This document shows positions 50,101 to 58,825 of a DNA stretch of 64,000 nucleotides, piece by piece. Every line of letters begins with the position of its first letter. The stretch's first letter is position 1. The DNA comes from a virus: IMG/VR virus record IMGVR_UViG_3300044638_008494, positions 43,023 through 107,022 of that record. One strand, 5' to 3'. The position numbers were made by a program, and so were the translations under genes. The notes beneath the pieces were generated by a model, which did no database searches, was not told the origin of the DNA, and saw nothing but the letters and a program-made list of their open reading frames with translations.

Positions 50101-50258
50101 TTCCATTTTCTATAAATTCTGGTGAATTATATAAAGAATATGACTCTAATTCTGTTGGATTTTTTATATCGGGCGGTAGCAGGCTAGGAATAGATATAGA
50201 CAATACACTTTCAGGAATTGGTGGTGTTAATATAGTAATGGAAGGTTTTTACGATTAA
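47136..50258 (+). CDS. Virion fibre protein carrying seven nested SG modules
   Basis: Two copies of the 28690-type domain; the second is split by a ~750-aa SG insert. Confidence 0.65.
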   Translation: MPSVFSIESINLNGSLLTANNDRLYINGQQVKNTSGVQISENFFIKGYAPISFYSRWAVRGQYLNETLLNDLFMATGYVITCGYPATGSIPLQGRFYQRKVDSVIDVKPIADFELPPRQVYVQKAISEKIYPDSVLGLDIAQAPNEMRAISCHLLGYFPAAGHFDKMPRTFNFYSQSEPKVGNGAYEEYMQYNATFTGVSLYCSETGRGPTTYRQEITGYISGFLQNEPLYIPLSREAVYQTCDPCYSPPNMSDWSGYFIDGKKYNFNTGNQFSGFNGISLFSQQSGYEYSGFKLNSGTFFSGYSDSEYGFGEMLETVGWRVAPYPETVSGFISGYRTSGGSFILLSEITGSRVSNFPLDPSGYIIGSSGYFLSGQQYFFPDMMPRRQKVVGFLSGFMSSNGIFTPYHTTNPFTSGNSGYFITRQYFFPTGRFFSGFSGMPGFLNNATGYGFVYSGFGFPEGSGFSGMQFTTSGSGIMTGIIGTGVVIPDTIFTRFSGMFGFQENMGYEYSGIFSDISSNFFSGIFPDSSGGITGMVIGKIGYRNVPTRREISGFTKAKSVTNFSGFNITGNNISGLSGYFIDNRTVSFLTGAPNRDLLIKGFEGFDNESGFDNFGYEYSGFLTMPSSGFSGLGMPYLFSEPVTGFVSGFLSGQSNTFIRFTGFSGSSGYILDGDKYHFLPARWKSGQNISGFQSGTVDISTEQFVPFSFPNSSSGYYINGVQYFFPTGTGIDNRFNGFDDSLFGFDMSIGYSYTGFAGFSAATNFNQPPRFQKVIGYISGLQDTFNRFTGFQLLNSASGSSGYFINGRRYVFPISNMSGFSGLGQFFYNNLGFSYTGFSFPEGSGFSGTVAQPYTRGIMTGFIGFRLLPSGTGMITGMIGSRNVPQSSGTFNGFNGLSGFNLQQGYQYSIDINTFNYTNANFIGESGLTSGLGVITGNIGYRNVIRLDKNFGTGIITGIIGYRNVPYMSAFSGKFYRKDKYGNKNILFPFSINSGELYKEYDSNSVGFFISGGSRLGIDIDNTLSGIGGVNIVMEGFYD

Positions 50259-50267
50259 AAAATAGCA

Positions 50268-53200
50268 ATGTTACATGAAGATATCATCGATCCGCTTGTT
50301 ACTGATTACATCGACAGAGTTACTGGCGAAGGACTAAACTATTTTAATGCCAACGCCACCACTAGATTAAATGATTTTGTAAAATATTTAGTTAGCGTTA
50401 TTCCGGATAGACAGTTTGGCTTTTACCCGCTCAGAAGTGACCAAAATATCGGTAACGGAAATAAAGCGTTTGGAATAGGCAGGTTAGCCTCTGGAAGTCC
50501 AATGATTTTTCCTGGCTTAGCTCAGTGGACAGAAAGCGGCGTAATGTTTGGTGATAAGGTTAGACCTGGCGGAACGTTTGGACCAACATATGAAACGGTT
50601 GGCATGATAGATTTTTCTGGCAAAGTTGAAGGGGGATTTGCTTTTAGAGAAAATGACTTTTCTATATTTTATTTTTTAAAACACCAAAGAGCTGGTGAAT
50701 TTGCAACCTCACTGTATCGTGGCGAAGGTGGCTTATGCCCATATTTTATATGTGATAAATCTCCAGATTGGTTTCAGGCTATTGCTCCAGAGTTTTCAAC
50801 AAGCCGTTTTCGTCCAAGAGGTACAACATATATATATGATGAAATATTTGGCGAAGATAAAAAAGGATTACAAATAGACTGGAGCCAAAAAGAAACTGAA
50901 AAATATTATGCGCCCACCGCAATAAGTTTTTACGATCCTGATAAAGACCAGACAGAGCCGAGATTTTATTGTCTTAATTTAAATGGAAATTTAAACCATT
51001 ATTCCATGAAATTTATCTACGGCAGAGATCCAAACATGCTTTCTGGAAATTTTTTATCACCATACGTTGCTGTTGCTGGGTTAGAAGGTCAGCCAGTTAG
51101 ATATGATATGCCGAAAAGATTTGTTGCTGGCGCTGGCGCAACAAACGACAGAGCTACAGAATATAACAGAGATGGGTTGCCTCATATAGTTCCTGGTATT
51201 TTAATTACAAAAGGCAATTATTCATATATTCATGAAGAAATAGCACAAAATATGGCTGAAGCTATTGGCTTGCTATTTGCAGTAAAACCAGTACAAATTT
51301 CAGGTCTTCAAGACCATGCTTCTAATATTTGTAGTCCAAAAATCGTATCATTAGATTATTATAAAACAGAACCAAAAATATATGATAAGGTATTACAAGG
51401 ATTTGCAAATTTTACAGCAAAAATAAGCTCAATAATAATTGAAGATTATGGTAGGTGGTTGACTGATTTTATTGCTAGCTTATGCGGAACAGATATTGGC
51501 GGCGTTGTTAGATGTTTTGGTGGATGGACTGCTAGATCTCCAATTGAAAAAGCAGAAATACGCCCAACGCTAAATTCTGGATTGTATATTACTGGCAACC
51601 AAATAACAGGAACATATGGAAATTTAAAATTGGGAGAATTTCACAATAACGGAATAGTAGGTTTTGTTAGTGGATATATGGACGTTTCTGGAAACTTTAG
51701 CGGGTTCCAATCACGTACAATTTCAGGACACAGTGGATTTTACTATACAGGATCTTATAATGTTTTCCCCCCATATCAATTTTTTGAAGTACAAAAAATT
51801 ACCGGATACGTTAGTGGGTTTTTAAACAATAGCGGATCATTCGATATATTTAATTCCACACATCCATATTACAATAGTGGATATTTTTTAAGTGGCCAGA
51901 TTACAGATTTTACATATTCATTAATTGAACAAGAAGATATATCTGGATTTCAATATGGTTTTTTAAATAATTTATTAAATTCTTGGGAGCCATTTGCTTC
52001 AACAAATAAATTATCATCAAGCGGATACCTATTAAATGGACAATTTATTGAATTTTTACCAGAAAAAATAATCGAAAAAACTCCAGTTACTGGATTTCGT
52101 GTTGGTTTTATGAACGGCCTTGGTATTTTTTCTGGATACTCAACTGGAGAAGGTGGTACAAGCGGTATATTATTAACTGGTGACGTTTTTTCTGACGATC
52201 CAAATTCAAGAATATTTTTTCCACTCGATGGCAATTTTGTAGGATTTGATGGCATTTCTGGATTTGATCCCGAAATTGGGTATGAGTATAGCGGATTTGA
52301 TTTTTTTGATTCTAGCGGATTTATTTCTTTTGATCAAGCTAATCCGTTTTTTGGAACCGGAGAAATGACGGGGCTTATTGGTTATAAATACATTGTTTAT
52401 TTATCTGGGGAATTTTCTGGGGAAAATAGCATTACTGGCGTCAATGAAGGCTTTGGGCTAGATTTCAATGGATTTTTTGATGGAGACACTTATTTTTCGG
52501 GAGTTGAATTTGACCCACTAACAAATAGTTTTTTGAATTATGGAACTGGATATTTAATAGGCAAAATAGGTACAAAAAATGTTCAAAACTTTTATGGTGA
52601 TCCTGGTTTTGATAATAGACCAGGGTTTGATCCGCTTGCTGGTTATAGCTATACTGGCTTTTCATTTCCAGAAGGTAGTGGCTTTGCTGGTATAAACGGA
52701 AATACTTTCGGAACAGGGTACATGTCAGGATTTATTGGTTCAAGAAATTTTATTGACTATACTGGCATATATTCTGGATTTACTGGTTTACTAGATAAAT
52801 ACAACCAGTATTTACCATGGGTTATATTTCCAAACTTTGAATTTACTCGAGGAAGTGGATTTATTGGATCAGTTCCTGGTTATGGTTTATTAACTGGAGT
52901 AATAAGTACTGGAGATGTGAGCGGCGATGCAGCGTTTGTTGTAAGCAATATTGGATCAGGCCTTTATCTAACTGGCCTACAAAGAACGGGAATAAATATA
53001 TCTGGTATTGATTTTGGACCAATAGATTTTTCAATTGGAAATATAAGCGGAATGGTTACTGGGGCAAGCTATACTCTCGCTATTATAAGCGGAGGAACGT
53101 TTTTTGAAACAGGATATACTGGATTTAATTCAGGAACAGATTCTGGATATTATGATATAAAATCTGGAACATATATGAGTGGACATATTACTGGATTAAG

Positions 53201-53627
53201 TTATATTACAGGAAATCTGTCAATTGGCAGTGGCTTGTTTTATGAACTAGAAACTGGATTTACGTTTGAGTCTGGATATATTGATGCAAACGTAACAAGC
53301 GTAACATTAACAGAAGCAATCTCTGTATTATTAGTGGTTCAAGACGGTGTTCCAGAAACCACATCTTTTACTTCAAGCATTACTGGTATTATATATGCAT
53401 CGGCTGATATAAATACTGGCCTAAGTATGGAAACTGGATCGGTTTCTGCAACCATCACTTCTATCGATCACTATACATTCTTACGTAACGATGTGACTGG
53501 AAATTTTGAAACTGGTTATTATAATATAAGTGGACTATATAGGATCAGCACTGCATATCCAGCAATAACCGGAGAAAATATATACTACAACATATCTGGA
53601 GTGCTATTAAAAACAGGGTCCCCATAA
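50268..53627 (+). CDS. Virion fibre protein carrying four nested SG modules
   Basis: Family A-like N-terminus, nested SG region, S/T/G-rich C-terminus. Confidence 0.62.
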   Translation: MLHEDIIDPLVTDYIDRVTGEGLNYFNANATTRLNDFVKYLVSVIPDRQFGFYPLRSDQNIGNGNKAFGIGRLASGSPMIFPGLAQWTESGVMFGDKVRPGGTFGPTYETVGMIDFSGKVEGGFAFRENDFSIFYFLKHQRAGEFATSLYRGEGGLCPYFICDKSPDWFQAIAPEFSTSRFRPRGTTYIYDEIFGEDKKGLQIDWSQKETEKYYAPTAISFYDPDKDQTEPRFYCLNLNGNLNHYSMKFIYGRDPNMLSGNFLSPYVAVAGLEGQPVRYDMPKRFVAGAGATNDRATEYNRDGLPHIVPGILITKGNYSYIHEEIAQNMAEAIGLLFAVKPVQISGLQDHASNICSPKIVSLDYYKTEPKIYDKVLQGFANFTAKISSIIIEDYGRWLTDFIASLCGTDIGGVVRCFGGWTARSPIEKAEIRPTLNSGLYITGNQITGTYGNLKLGEFHNNGIVGFVSGYMDVSGNFSGFQSRTISGHSGFYYTGSYNVFPPYQFFEVQKITGYVSGFLNNSGSFDIFNSTHPYYNSGYFLSGQITDFTYSLIEQEDISGFQYGFLNNLLNSWEPFASTNKLSSSGYLLNGQFIEFLPEKIIEKTPVTGFRVGFMNGLGIFSGYSTGEGGTSGILLTGDVFSDDPNSRIFFPLDGNFVGFDGISGFDPEIGYEYSGFDFFDSSGFISFDQANPFFGTGEMTGLIGYKYIVYLSGEFSGENSITGVNEGFGLDFNGFFDGDTYFSGVEFDPLTNSFLNYGTGYLIGKIGTKNVQNFYGDPGFDNRPGFDPLAGYSYTGFSFPEGSGFAGINGNTFGTGYMSGFIGSRNFIDYTGIYSGFTGLLDKYNQYLPWVIFPNFEFTRGSGFIGSVPGYGLLTGVISTGDVSGDAAFVVSNIGSGLYLTGLQRTGINISGIDFGPIDFSIGNISGMVTGASYTLAIISGGTFFETGYTGFNSGTDSGYYDIKSGTYMSGHITGLSYITGNLSIGSGLFYELETGFTFESGYIDANVTSVTLTEAISVLLVVQDGVPETTSFTSSITGIIYASADINTGLSMETGSVSATITSIDHYTFLRNDVTGNFETGYYNISGLYRISTAYPAITGENIYYNISGVLLKTGSP

Positions 53628-53655
53628 ACATTTAACTGTAAATAAATAAAATAAG

Positions 53656-54741
53656 ATGAATGAAAAAAATATAATTATTTCACAAAATAATGTGGCCGGA
53701 ATAAGTGGAGAATATTTAATCCAAGTTATTAAAAGTGATGGAAGTGTTGAATTTCCATTTGGGCAAGAAAAAAGAAAAAATTTAATACTTGATAGTTTTT
53801 TCCGTGCAATTTTGACTGGATATAAATTTGGAATACAGTCATTCGTACAAACCTGCCGAGTGGGTAATAATATTCAAGCACCAGTTAGAACAAACACAGG
53901 TCTTGTTGGGACTATTCTTGGGCAAACATATAAGAGTGATAATTTTATATCTCAAATAAACAGTCAAAACAATACCATTTCGCTAACACGCGATTTTATT
54001 TTTGACGCTATCCCTGGTGGAATTGGGCAAGTTTCTTATGCCGAGGCCCTAATTGGTAGCTTTGCAATAAATGAAATTAGCGAAATTGCAACAAGTAGAT
54101 TTGTTTTTCCCGGCACGCTAATTTTACAGAGCGGAGATCGCTTAAAAGTACAATATACATTGACGATTTATCTCCCATATTTAAATAGCGATTTGCCAAT
54201 AACGCTGACTGGCGATGGATTAAATTTTACGGGAAAGGTAAGGCTATCATCAAATGTTACTGGAATAATAGGTCAATTGAGCGGCAGTAAAACCTATGTT
54301 GGTTTGGGCGATAGCGACACAACTGTATTTAGAGATTATACAGCAAACAGCAATGCTTTTTCTACAACCACAGAATTTCAAGAATACGGTAGGTATCAAA
54401 ATATTTTTGGCACGCCACTATGGGCCAACAATATTGGTTTTTATCCGAGTGGGCACATTCCAGCCAATTATCCTACGGGAAGGCTTGATTATACACCAAC
54501 AGGAAGCCGAGCAACATTAACAACGGGCCTTATAGATCAAAATGATAATTACAGTTCAGTTCCTATAACATACTATTTCCCACCATTTTCTGGAGATCGC
54601 AGCGTTGGTGGCATATATTTGTGGCACCATAATACAGGCTCATCATACAGCGCGATATATTATTCATTTAATAGTGGGCAAGTAATACCATCCGGGCTGC
54701 CCGTAACAATAACCTTAGACTGGCGATTCTCCAGATCATAA
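53656..54741 (+). CDS. Tail-fibre attachment-like protein, family B
   Basis: FPFG...KNLILD...SRFVFP...LKVQY. Confidence 0.6.
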   Translation: MNEKNIIISQNNVAGISGEYLIQVIKSDGSVEFPFGQEKRKNLILDSFFRAILTGYKFGIQSFVQTCRVGNNIQAPVRTNTGLVGTILGQTYKSDNFISQINSQNNTISLTRDFIFDAIPGGIGQVSYAEALIGSFAINEISEIATSRFVFPGTLILQSGDRLKVQYTLTIYLPYLNSDLPITLTGDGLNFTGKVRLSSNVTGIIGQLSGSKTYVGLGDSDTTVFRDYTANSNAFSTTTEFQEYGRYQNIFGTPLWANNIGFYPSGHIPANYPTGRLDYTPTGSRATLTTGLIDQNDNYSSVPITYYFPPFSGDRSVGGIYLWHHNTGSSYSAIYYSFNSGQVIPSGLPVTITLDWRFSRS

Positions 54742-54805
54742 ATAATAAAAATAATATTTTAATTCCAATTGGATGTGTATATAATAGAGAAAGTAATATA
54801 AAATT

Positions 54806-56050
54806 ATGGCGAATTTAATAATTAATCGTACTCGTGAAGTAGAGGTTGGTACTGAAACATTTGTAAAAGGAATGTGGAAGCTAGAAGTGGTTTGCCCAAA
54901 TGGGGAAATAAAAAAACCATTTGGCGATGGGTGGAGACCAAACTTGCTTATGCGCAGAGGCTTACAGCAGCTAGTTGGCGGCCTTGATGGGTTCTCAAGT
55001 ATAGCATATCTAATGAATACAGCGCAGTACGGTAACGTGGTTACCTCACCAACAGATAGAACTTTTAATGGCGGGCTTGTTAATAGCACAGCCTATCCAA
55101 GTATTACAAACGATACCCAGCTTGGCATATTTGGTTTTAGTGCTTTTAGTAGCGTTGGCGCGGCAGGAAATATAATAACTGACAATTTAAATACTGGATC
55201 AAGAACTTTTCAAAAAACATATGATTTTTTAGCAACACCAAACCAGCAAACAGTAAGAGAAATTATAATAACTGACTATCGGGACCCTAACAACCCAACC
55301 GTTAGAGGTACTGGTCGTGCGGATAGCGACATGCTTTCAAGATTTATATTGCCATCGCCAGTTGTACTCGCTCAATACCAATTTTTGAGACTTACATATG
55401 CTTTGCAAATTACCATCCCAGCAATTACTGCCGCTGGTGAAGTAAATATTGATGTACAAAGCGGAAGTTTTAACGGTCTTGGCAAATTAAGATGTGTTGG
55501 CTCTTTTAATCAAATATTTGGCTCAATGACTACGAATGGTGAGCCAATTGATACTCTTTTTCGTTCTGCATTCTGTGGAAATATTACCAAAAGAAATCCA
55601 TGGTGTCTTGTTAGTAGTTTTAGAACACATGCAACGCTTGTTCCTGGCGGTGACCTGTCTGGAACCGCACAAATGGCATTTCCGGCAGTTAATACAGATG
55701 TTAATGCATCCATAGCAGCACAAACTAGCGCGGCATCTGTTCAAAGTGATGGTGCTGGCGGAAGCGTTATTGATCTAGGGCTTTCAAATGGAAACTTGTC
55801 GTGGACACGAGGTGCAACACTATTATTCCCAGCAACAAATCCAAACCTGCCAGATCAATATATAGGCGGAGTTTTTTTTACGCCAGGAGCTAGTACAGGA
55901 TCTAGCTGTAATACTGCACTAAGTACAGGATTTGACTTTTCTGGCTGGTACTGGAGATTTGTAGATCTTTCTGGAAACCCTCGTGGACAACTCAAAGACA
56001 TTAACTTTGCCCTTGCCATTAATGTAGCACACACGGCATCTATTACATAA
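54806..56050 (+). CDS. Tail-fibre attachment-like protein, family B
   Basis: KPFG...NLLM...GSRTFQKTYDF...SRFILP...LRLTY. Confidence 0.6.
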   Translation: MANLIINRTREVEVGTETFVKGMWKLEVVCPNGEIKKPFGDGWRPNLLMRRGLQQLVGGLDGFSSIAYLMNTAQYGNVVTSPTDRTFNGGLVNSTAYPSITNDTQLGIFGFSAFSSVGAAGNIITDNLNTGSRTFQKTYDFLATPNQQTVREIIITDYRDPNNPTVRGTGRADSDMLSRFILPSPVVLAQYQFLRLTYALQITIPAITAAGEVNIDVQSGSFNGLGKLRCVGSFNQIFGSMTTNGEPIDTLFRSAFCGNITKRNPWCLVSSFRTHATLVPGGDLSGTAQMAFPAVNTDVNASIAAQTSAASVQSDGAGGSVIDLGLSNGNLSWTRGATLLFPATNPNLPDQYIGGVFFTPGASTGSSCNTALSTGFDFSGWYWRFVDLSGNPRGQLKDINFALAINVAHTASIT

Positions 56051-56060
56051 TAGATAAACC

Positions 56061-56726
56061 TTAATTATCTAAAAACTTTAGTTTGATTTTGCCATTGCTG
56101 TCTATTAATGCATAGCTAACTGGCAGGTCGCACTGTGAGCCTAAGTTTACACACTCTACCCCATCCACAGTTTTGTGTTCGGGCATATGGGTGTGACCAA
56201 AAACAACCGTATTGCATCCGAGATCTCGGCCATGATGGGCAACCCGGCGCAACACTCTTTCCGCCGAAGAACGCCACGTTTTTATTTTTCGCTTGAGTTT
56301 CCGGGTGAATTTTTGCCCACGATCTATTTTTTGCAAGAAATAATACACTCCAGATGCTATTTCAGTGAGTACTGGCCGCATTTTAATAATATAATCCCAA
56401 CGATCACCGTGGACAAAATAAAAACGCTTTCCATTAATAACCTCAATGTGTTCGTGTTTAAAATCAAAACCTAATAGCGCACTAACAGTATCCAGATCGC
56501 GGTCATGATTACCCTTAATAAAAATGCATTTTTTATTTTTTGATAGCTTACGTAACAGCGATAATACCTTCCACTGACGTTTGCATAAACGATGAATATT
56601 GTACGAATCCAGCAAATCTCCACATATTATTAAACTATCATACGTTTCCTCTTCAAGTATTTTTAAAACTAAATCTGCTTGGCATACAGGGCTGCCAAGA
56701 TGTATGTCTGAAAGGCACAGTATCAT
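56061..56726 (-). CDS. Calcineurin-like metallophosphoesterase (UDP-2,3-diacylglucosamine hydrolase-like subgroup)
   Basis: SDIHLG, GDLLD, GNHD, HGD and GHTH motifs. Confidence 0.85.
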   Translation of the reverse strand: MILCLSDIHLGSPVCQADLVLKILEEETYDSLIICGDLLDSYNIHRLCKRQWKVLSLLRKLSKNKKCIFIKGNHDRDLDTVSALLGFDFKHEHIEVINGKRFYFVHGDRWDYIIKMRPVLTEIASGVYYFLQKIDRGQKFTRKLKRKIKTWRSSAERVLRRVAHHGRDLGCNTVVFGHTHMPEHKTVDGVECVNLGSQCDLPVSYALIDSNGKIKLKFLDN

Positions 56727-57041
56727 AATGTTTTATATTATTTTTTTTATTTACTACTTTTTACCTCACTTGATTACACTCTTCGACCATTTATAGCATA
56801 TTACAATATAGAAACAAACAGCCCATGCATTTTTAATTCTTTTTTATTATATATGGGTTGATTTTATTGGTGTTAGGATACCCTAGCCCCCTGATAAGTA
56901 AAAGAAGGATAGATTTAAAAGTTGTAGAGTTTTAAAAATAGGCCCCAGCGAGCAAAAGTTCAAACGCTCGTATGAATTTTTTTCAAAAATGGGGGGGGTG
57001 TTTGTCAACAAAAAAAGTTTCATTAATCGTAAAAAAATCCC

Positions 57042-57069
57042 TTGCTTTCTGGCTGTTTTGTGTTACCTT
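57042..57069 (+). promoter_or_regulatory. Sigma70-type early promoter, leaderless
   Basis: TTGCTT-16-TACCTT with extended TG; ATG 6 nt downstream; upstream A tract. Confidence 0.65.
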
Positions 57070-57075
57070 GTAGAC

Positions 57076-57366
57076 ATGAAAGAAATAGAAAACAAATTCA
57101 CCAAAGGACAAATCTACCGCCTCGAGTATCTGTCTCGGATGGGTCGCTTCCACTACCACAACGTAGAGTTCGTTCGCTACGTTGGCCCCTTCTACTTTGA
57201 AGGTCGCTACTCTTGGGATGATAACTCGATCCCTTGCGGCAACTACTGGTTCCGTAACGAAAAGGATGAGCCTACTCAAGTCGTCGAGTGGCAAGTCAAC
57301 GAAAAGACTCAAGAAGTCGAAGCGTTCGGCAAGTGGGAAAGAAACTTCCGCTACCAAGACTGGTAA
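57076..57366 (+). CDS. Early hypothetical protein (MKEIENKF...)
   Basis: Start set by promoter geometry. Confidence 0.75.
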   Translation: MKEIENKFTKGQIYRLEYLSRMGRFHYHNVEFVRYVGPFYFEGRYSWDDNSIPCGNYWFRNEKDEPTQVVEWQVNEKTQEVEAFGKWERNFRYQDW

Positions 57367-57372
57367 AAAATC

Positions 57373-57603
57373 ATGAACACATACGATAACGAAATCATCC
57401 ACAAAGGTAAGGAATACTACCTCTCGACGGAGTATGGCTTTGACCATACTGACACCCTGCAACTCTCGGGCTTTCTCTTGACCGATGAGGATGGAGAAGA
57501 AATCTCGCAAGAGGACTTTGAGGCGAACACCGATCTTTATGATCATGTTTGCACTATCCTCGCAAACGAAAGTGCCGTCTGTTATGGCGGCGCACCTTGC
57601 TGA
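57373..57603 (+). CDS. Early acidic hypothetical protein
   Basis: 76 aa, 6 nt after the previous stop. Confidence 0.7.
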   Translation: MNTYDNEIIHKGKEYYLSTEYGFDHTDTLQLSGFLLTDEDGEEISQEDFEANTDLYDHVCTILANESAVCYGGAPC

Positions 57604-57607
57604 CACT

Positions 57608-57694
57608 ATGACAAAGAACGCTATGACATACATCGCTGAAGCACTCGCCGTGGTGCTCATCCTCCTGCTCGGCGTTGCGATTCTTTCGCTCTAA
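57608..57694 (+). CDS. 28-aa membrane peptide
   Basis: MTKNAMTYIAEALAVVLILLLGVAILSL; its stop is the first TAA of repeat R1. Confidence 0.5.
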   Translation: MTKNAMTYIAEALAVVLILLLGVAILSL

Positions 57695-57766
57695 GTTGTT
57701 GTAAATCAACGACTTACAGAGCCGGGCCGGGCCGCCGGGCGTAAGTCCTTGGTATTCAACGACTTA
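57692..57766. repeat. Cassette repeat R1 (25-bp box / 25-bp GC core / 25-bp box)
   Basis: taagttgttgtaaatcaacgactta-cagagccgggccgggccgccgggcg-taagtccttggtattcaacgactta. Confidence 0.95.
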
Positions 57767-57778
57767 CACAAATACACG

Positions 57779-57795
57779 TTCAAGAAGTGTGCCAA
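57779..57795 (-). promoter_or_regulatory. Sigma54-like -24/-12 element
   Basis: Minus strand TTGGCACACTTCTTGAA, 12 nt from R1. Confidence 0.5.
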
Positions 57796-57835
57796 CTCTC
57801 CGAAAAAAAGTTTTACATAATCGAAAAAAAATCCA

Positions 57836-57863
57836 TTGACTTTTCCGAGTCTTGTGCTATTCT
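57836..57863 (+). promoter_or_regulatory. Sigma70-type early promoter, leaderless
   Basis: TTGACT-16-TATTCT with extended TG; ATG at 57870. Confidence 0.75.
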
Positions 57864-57869
57864 ATATAC

Positions 57870-58244
57870 ATGAACAAAAACGAAACCACATTCAACGTCA
57901 ACGGAACCCTCTGCACCCTCGTCATCTCTGAGGACAACGATGGCGACTGCATCAAACTCTGGCACGATCTCGTCAGCGTCGAGACTGGCAAGGTTCTCGC
58001 AACCCTCGACTGGTCGCCCTACTCCATCCCTTCCGATGAGGAAGTGCAACAGATCATCGACTTGGGGGAAGTCGTTCTCGGAAAATTCACCTTGCCCGAA
58101 GGTTTGCGCTGGTCTAACTCTCACCCCATGTCCCGCATGAACTTCTGCTCGGACGTTCTCGCCATGTTCCTCGCTGGCGAGGAGCATCCCCAAGGCGGGA
58201 AGCTGGAGCTTGTGTTCCGCGTGCGTCATTCCGTTGCCGCATAA
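57870..58244 (+). CDS. Early hypothetical protein (MNKNETTF...)
   Basis: Start set by promoter geometry. Confidence 0.75.
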   Translation: MNKNETTFNVNGTLCTLVISEDNDGDCIKLWHDLVSVETGKVLATLDWSPYSIPSDEEVQQIIDLGEVVLGKFTLPEGLRWSNSHPMSRMNFCSDVLAMFLAGEEHPQGGKLELVFRVRHSVAA

Positions 58245-58252
58245 AAAATCTC

Positions 58253-58281
58253 TTGCGTTTCCGCTCAACATCCCATACTCT
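58253..58281 (+). promoter_or_regulatory. Sigma70-type early promoter, leaderless
   Basis: TTGCGT-17-TACTCT; ATG at 58288. Confidence 0.65.
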
Positions 58282-58287
58282 AACAAC

Positions 58288-58503
58288 ATGAACAGCATCC
58301 ACGACGACTACAGCACGCAACCGCAATCCGACGAATACGCGACCGAGCACGAGGAAGTGCGCGGCGCGTTCGCCGCCGAGCCTGCCGTTGAGCAGGAGCC
58401 CGAGCCCCAACCCTATGATGGGTTCGAGGGCCAATGGGCAGGCGATGGATCGGGCTTCGACGACCTCGCGGACTTGGGTGAGCAGGAGGGCTGGGACACG
58501 TAA
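58288..58503 (+). CDS. Very acidic small early protein
   Basis: 71 aa, D/E-rich, MNSIHDDYS...EQEGWDT. Confidence 0.7.
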   Translation: MNSIHDDYSTQPQSDEYATEHEEVRGAFAAEPAVEQEPEPQPYDGFEGQWAGDGSGFDDLADLGEQEGWDT

Positions 58504-58574
58504 GAGTGTCATAAACTTTCTCCGAACGTTTCGATGCGCGTCTCCATGGCGCGGGAATAAACGATGAGGAGAGT

Positions 58575-58606
58575 GAAACGCTCGTTCTAAACGGGCGTTT
58601 CTTTTT
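58575..58606 (+). terminator. Intrinsic terminator
   Basis: GAAACGCTCGTT/AACGGGCGTTTC stem followed by TTTTT. Confidence 0.75.
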
Positions 58607-58625
58607 GCCTAAATTGCTTCTTGTG

Positions 58626-58700
58626 TAAACCCTTGATATTCAACCGCTTACGCAACCGGGCGGGGCGCCCGGCTCTAAGTCCTTGATACTCAACCACTTA
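58626..58700. repeat. Cassette repeat R2 (variant core)
   Basis: taaacccttgatattcaaccgctta-cgcaaccgggcggggcgcccggctc-taagtccttgatactcaaccactta. Confidence 0.9.
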
Positions 58701-58791
58701 CGTAATGCCTTGCGAACCCGCATGGATACTGGCTTCGCGGGCGTCAAGCTTTTTTATGAAAAAAAATTCTTCATCAAATCAAAAAAATCCG

Positions 58792-58819
58792 TTGTTTTCT
58801 GCGAGGCCCGTGCTATTCT
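58792..58819 (+). promoter_or_regulatory. Sigma70-type early promoter, leaderless
   Basis: TTGTTT-16-TATTCT with extended TG; ATG at 58826. Confidence 0.65.
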
Positions 58820-58825
58820 GTATAC

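Noticed and set aside
42572-53627. Diversity-generating retroelement or assembly artefact as the source of the SG repeats
   Set aside because: No reverse transcriptase or adenine-specific TR/VR pair seen; module copies are highly diverged at DNA level, so they are not collapsed or duplicated reads
1210-56796. Numerous short ORFs overlapping the long structural genes
   Set aside because: Antisense or off-frame shadows of long ORFs, without their own signals or motifs
57721-57740. G-quadruplex in the repeat core
   Set aside because: Only three GGG tracts per core
58559-58602. Hammerhead ribozyme (GATGAG...GAAAC)
   Set aside because: Lacks the CUGA core and a pairable stem II; the GAAAC belongs to the terminator stem
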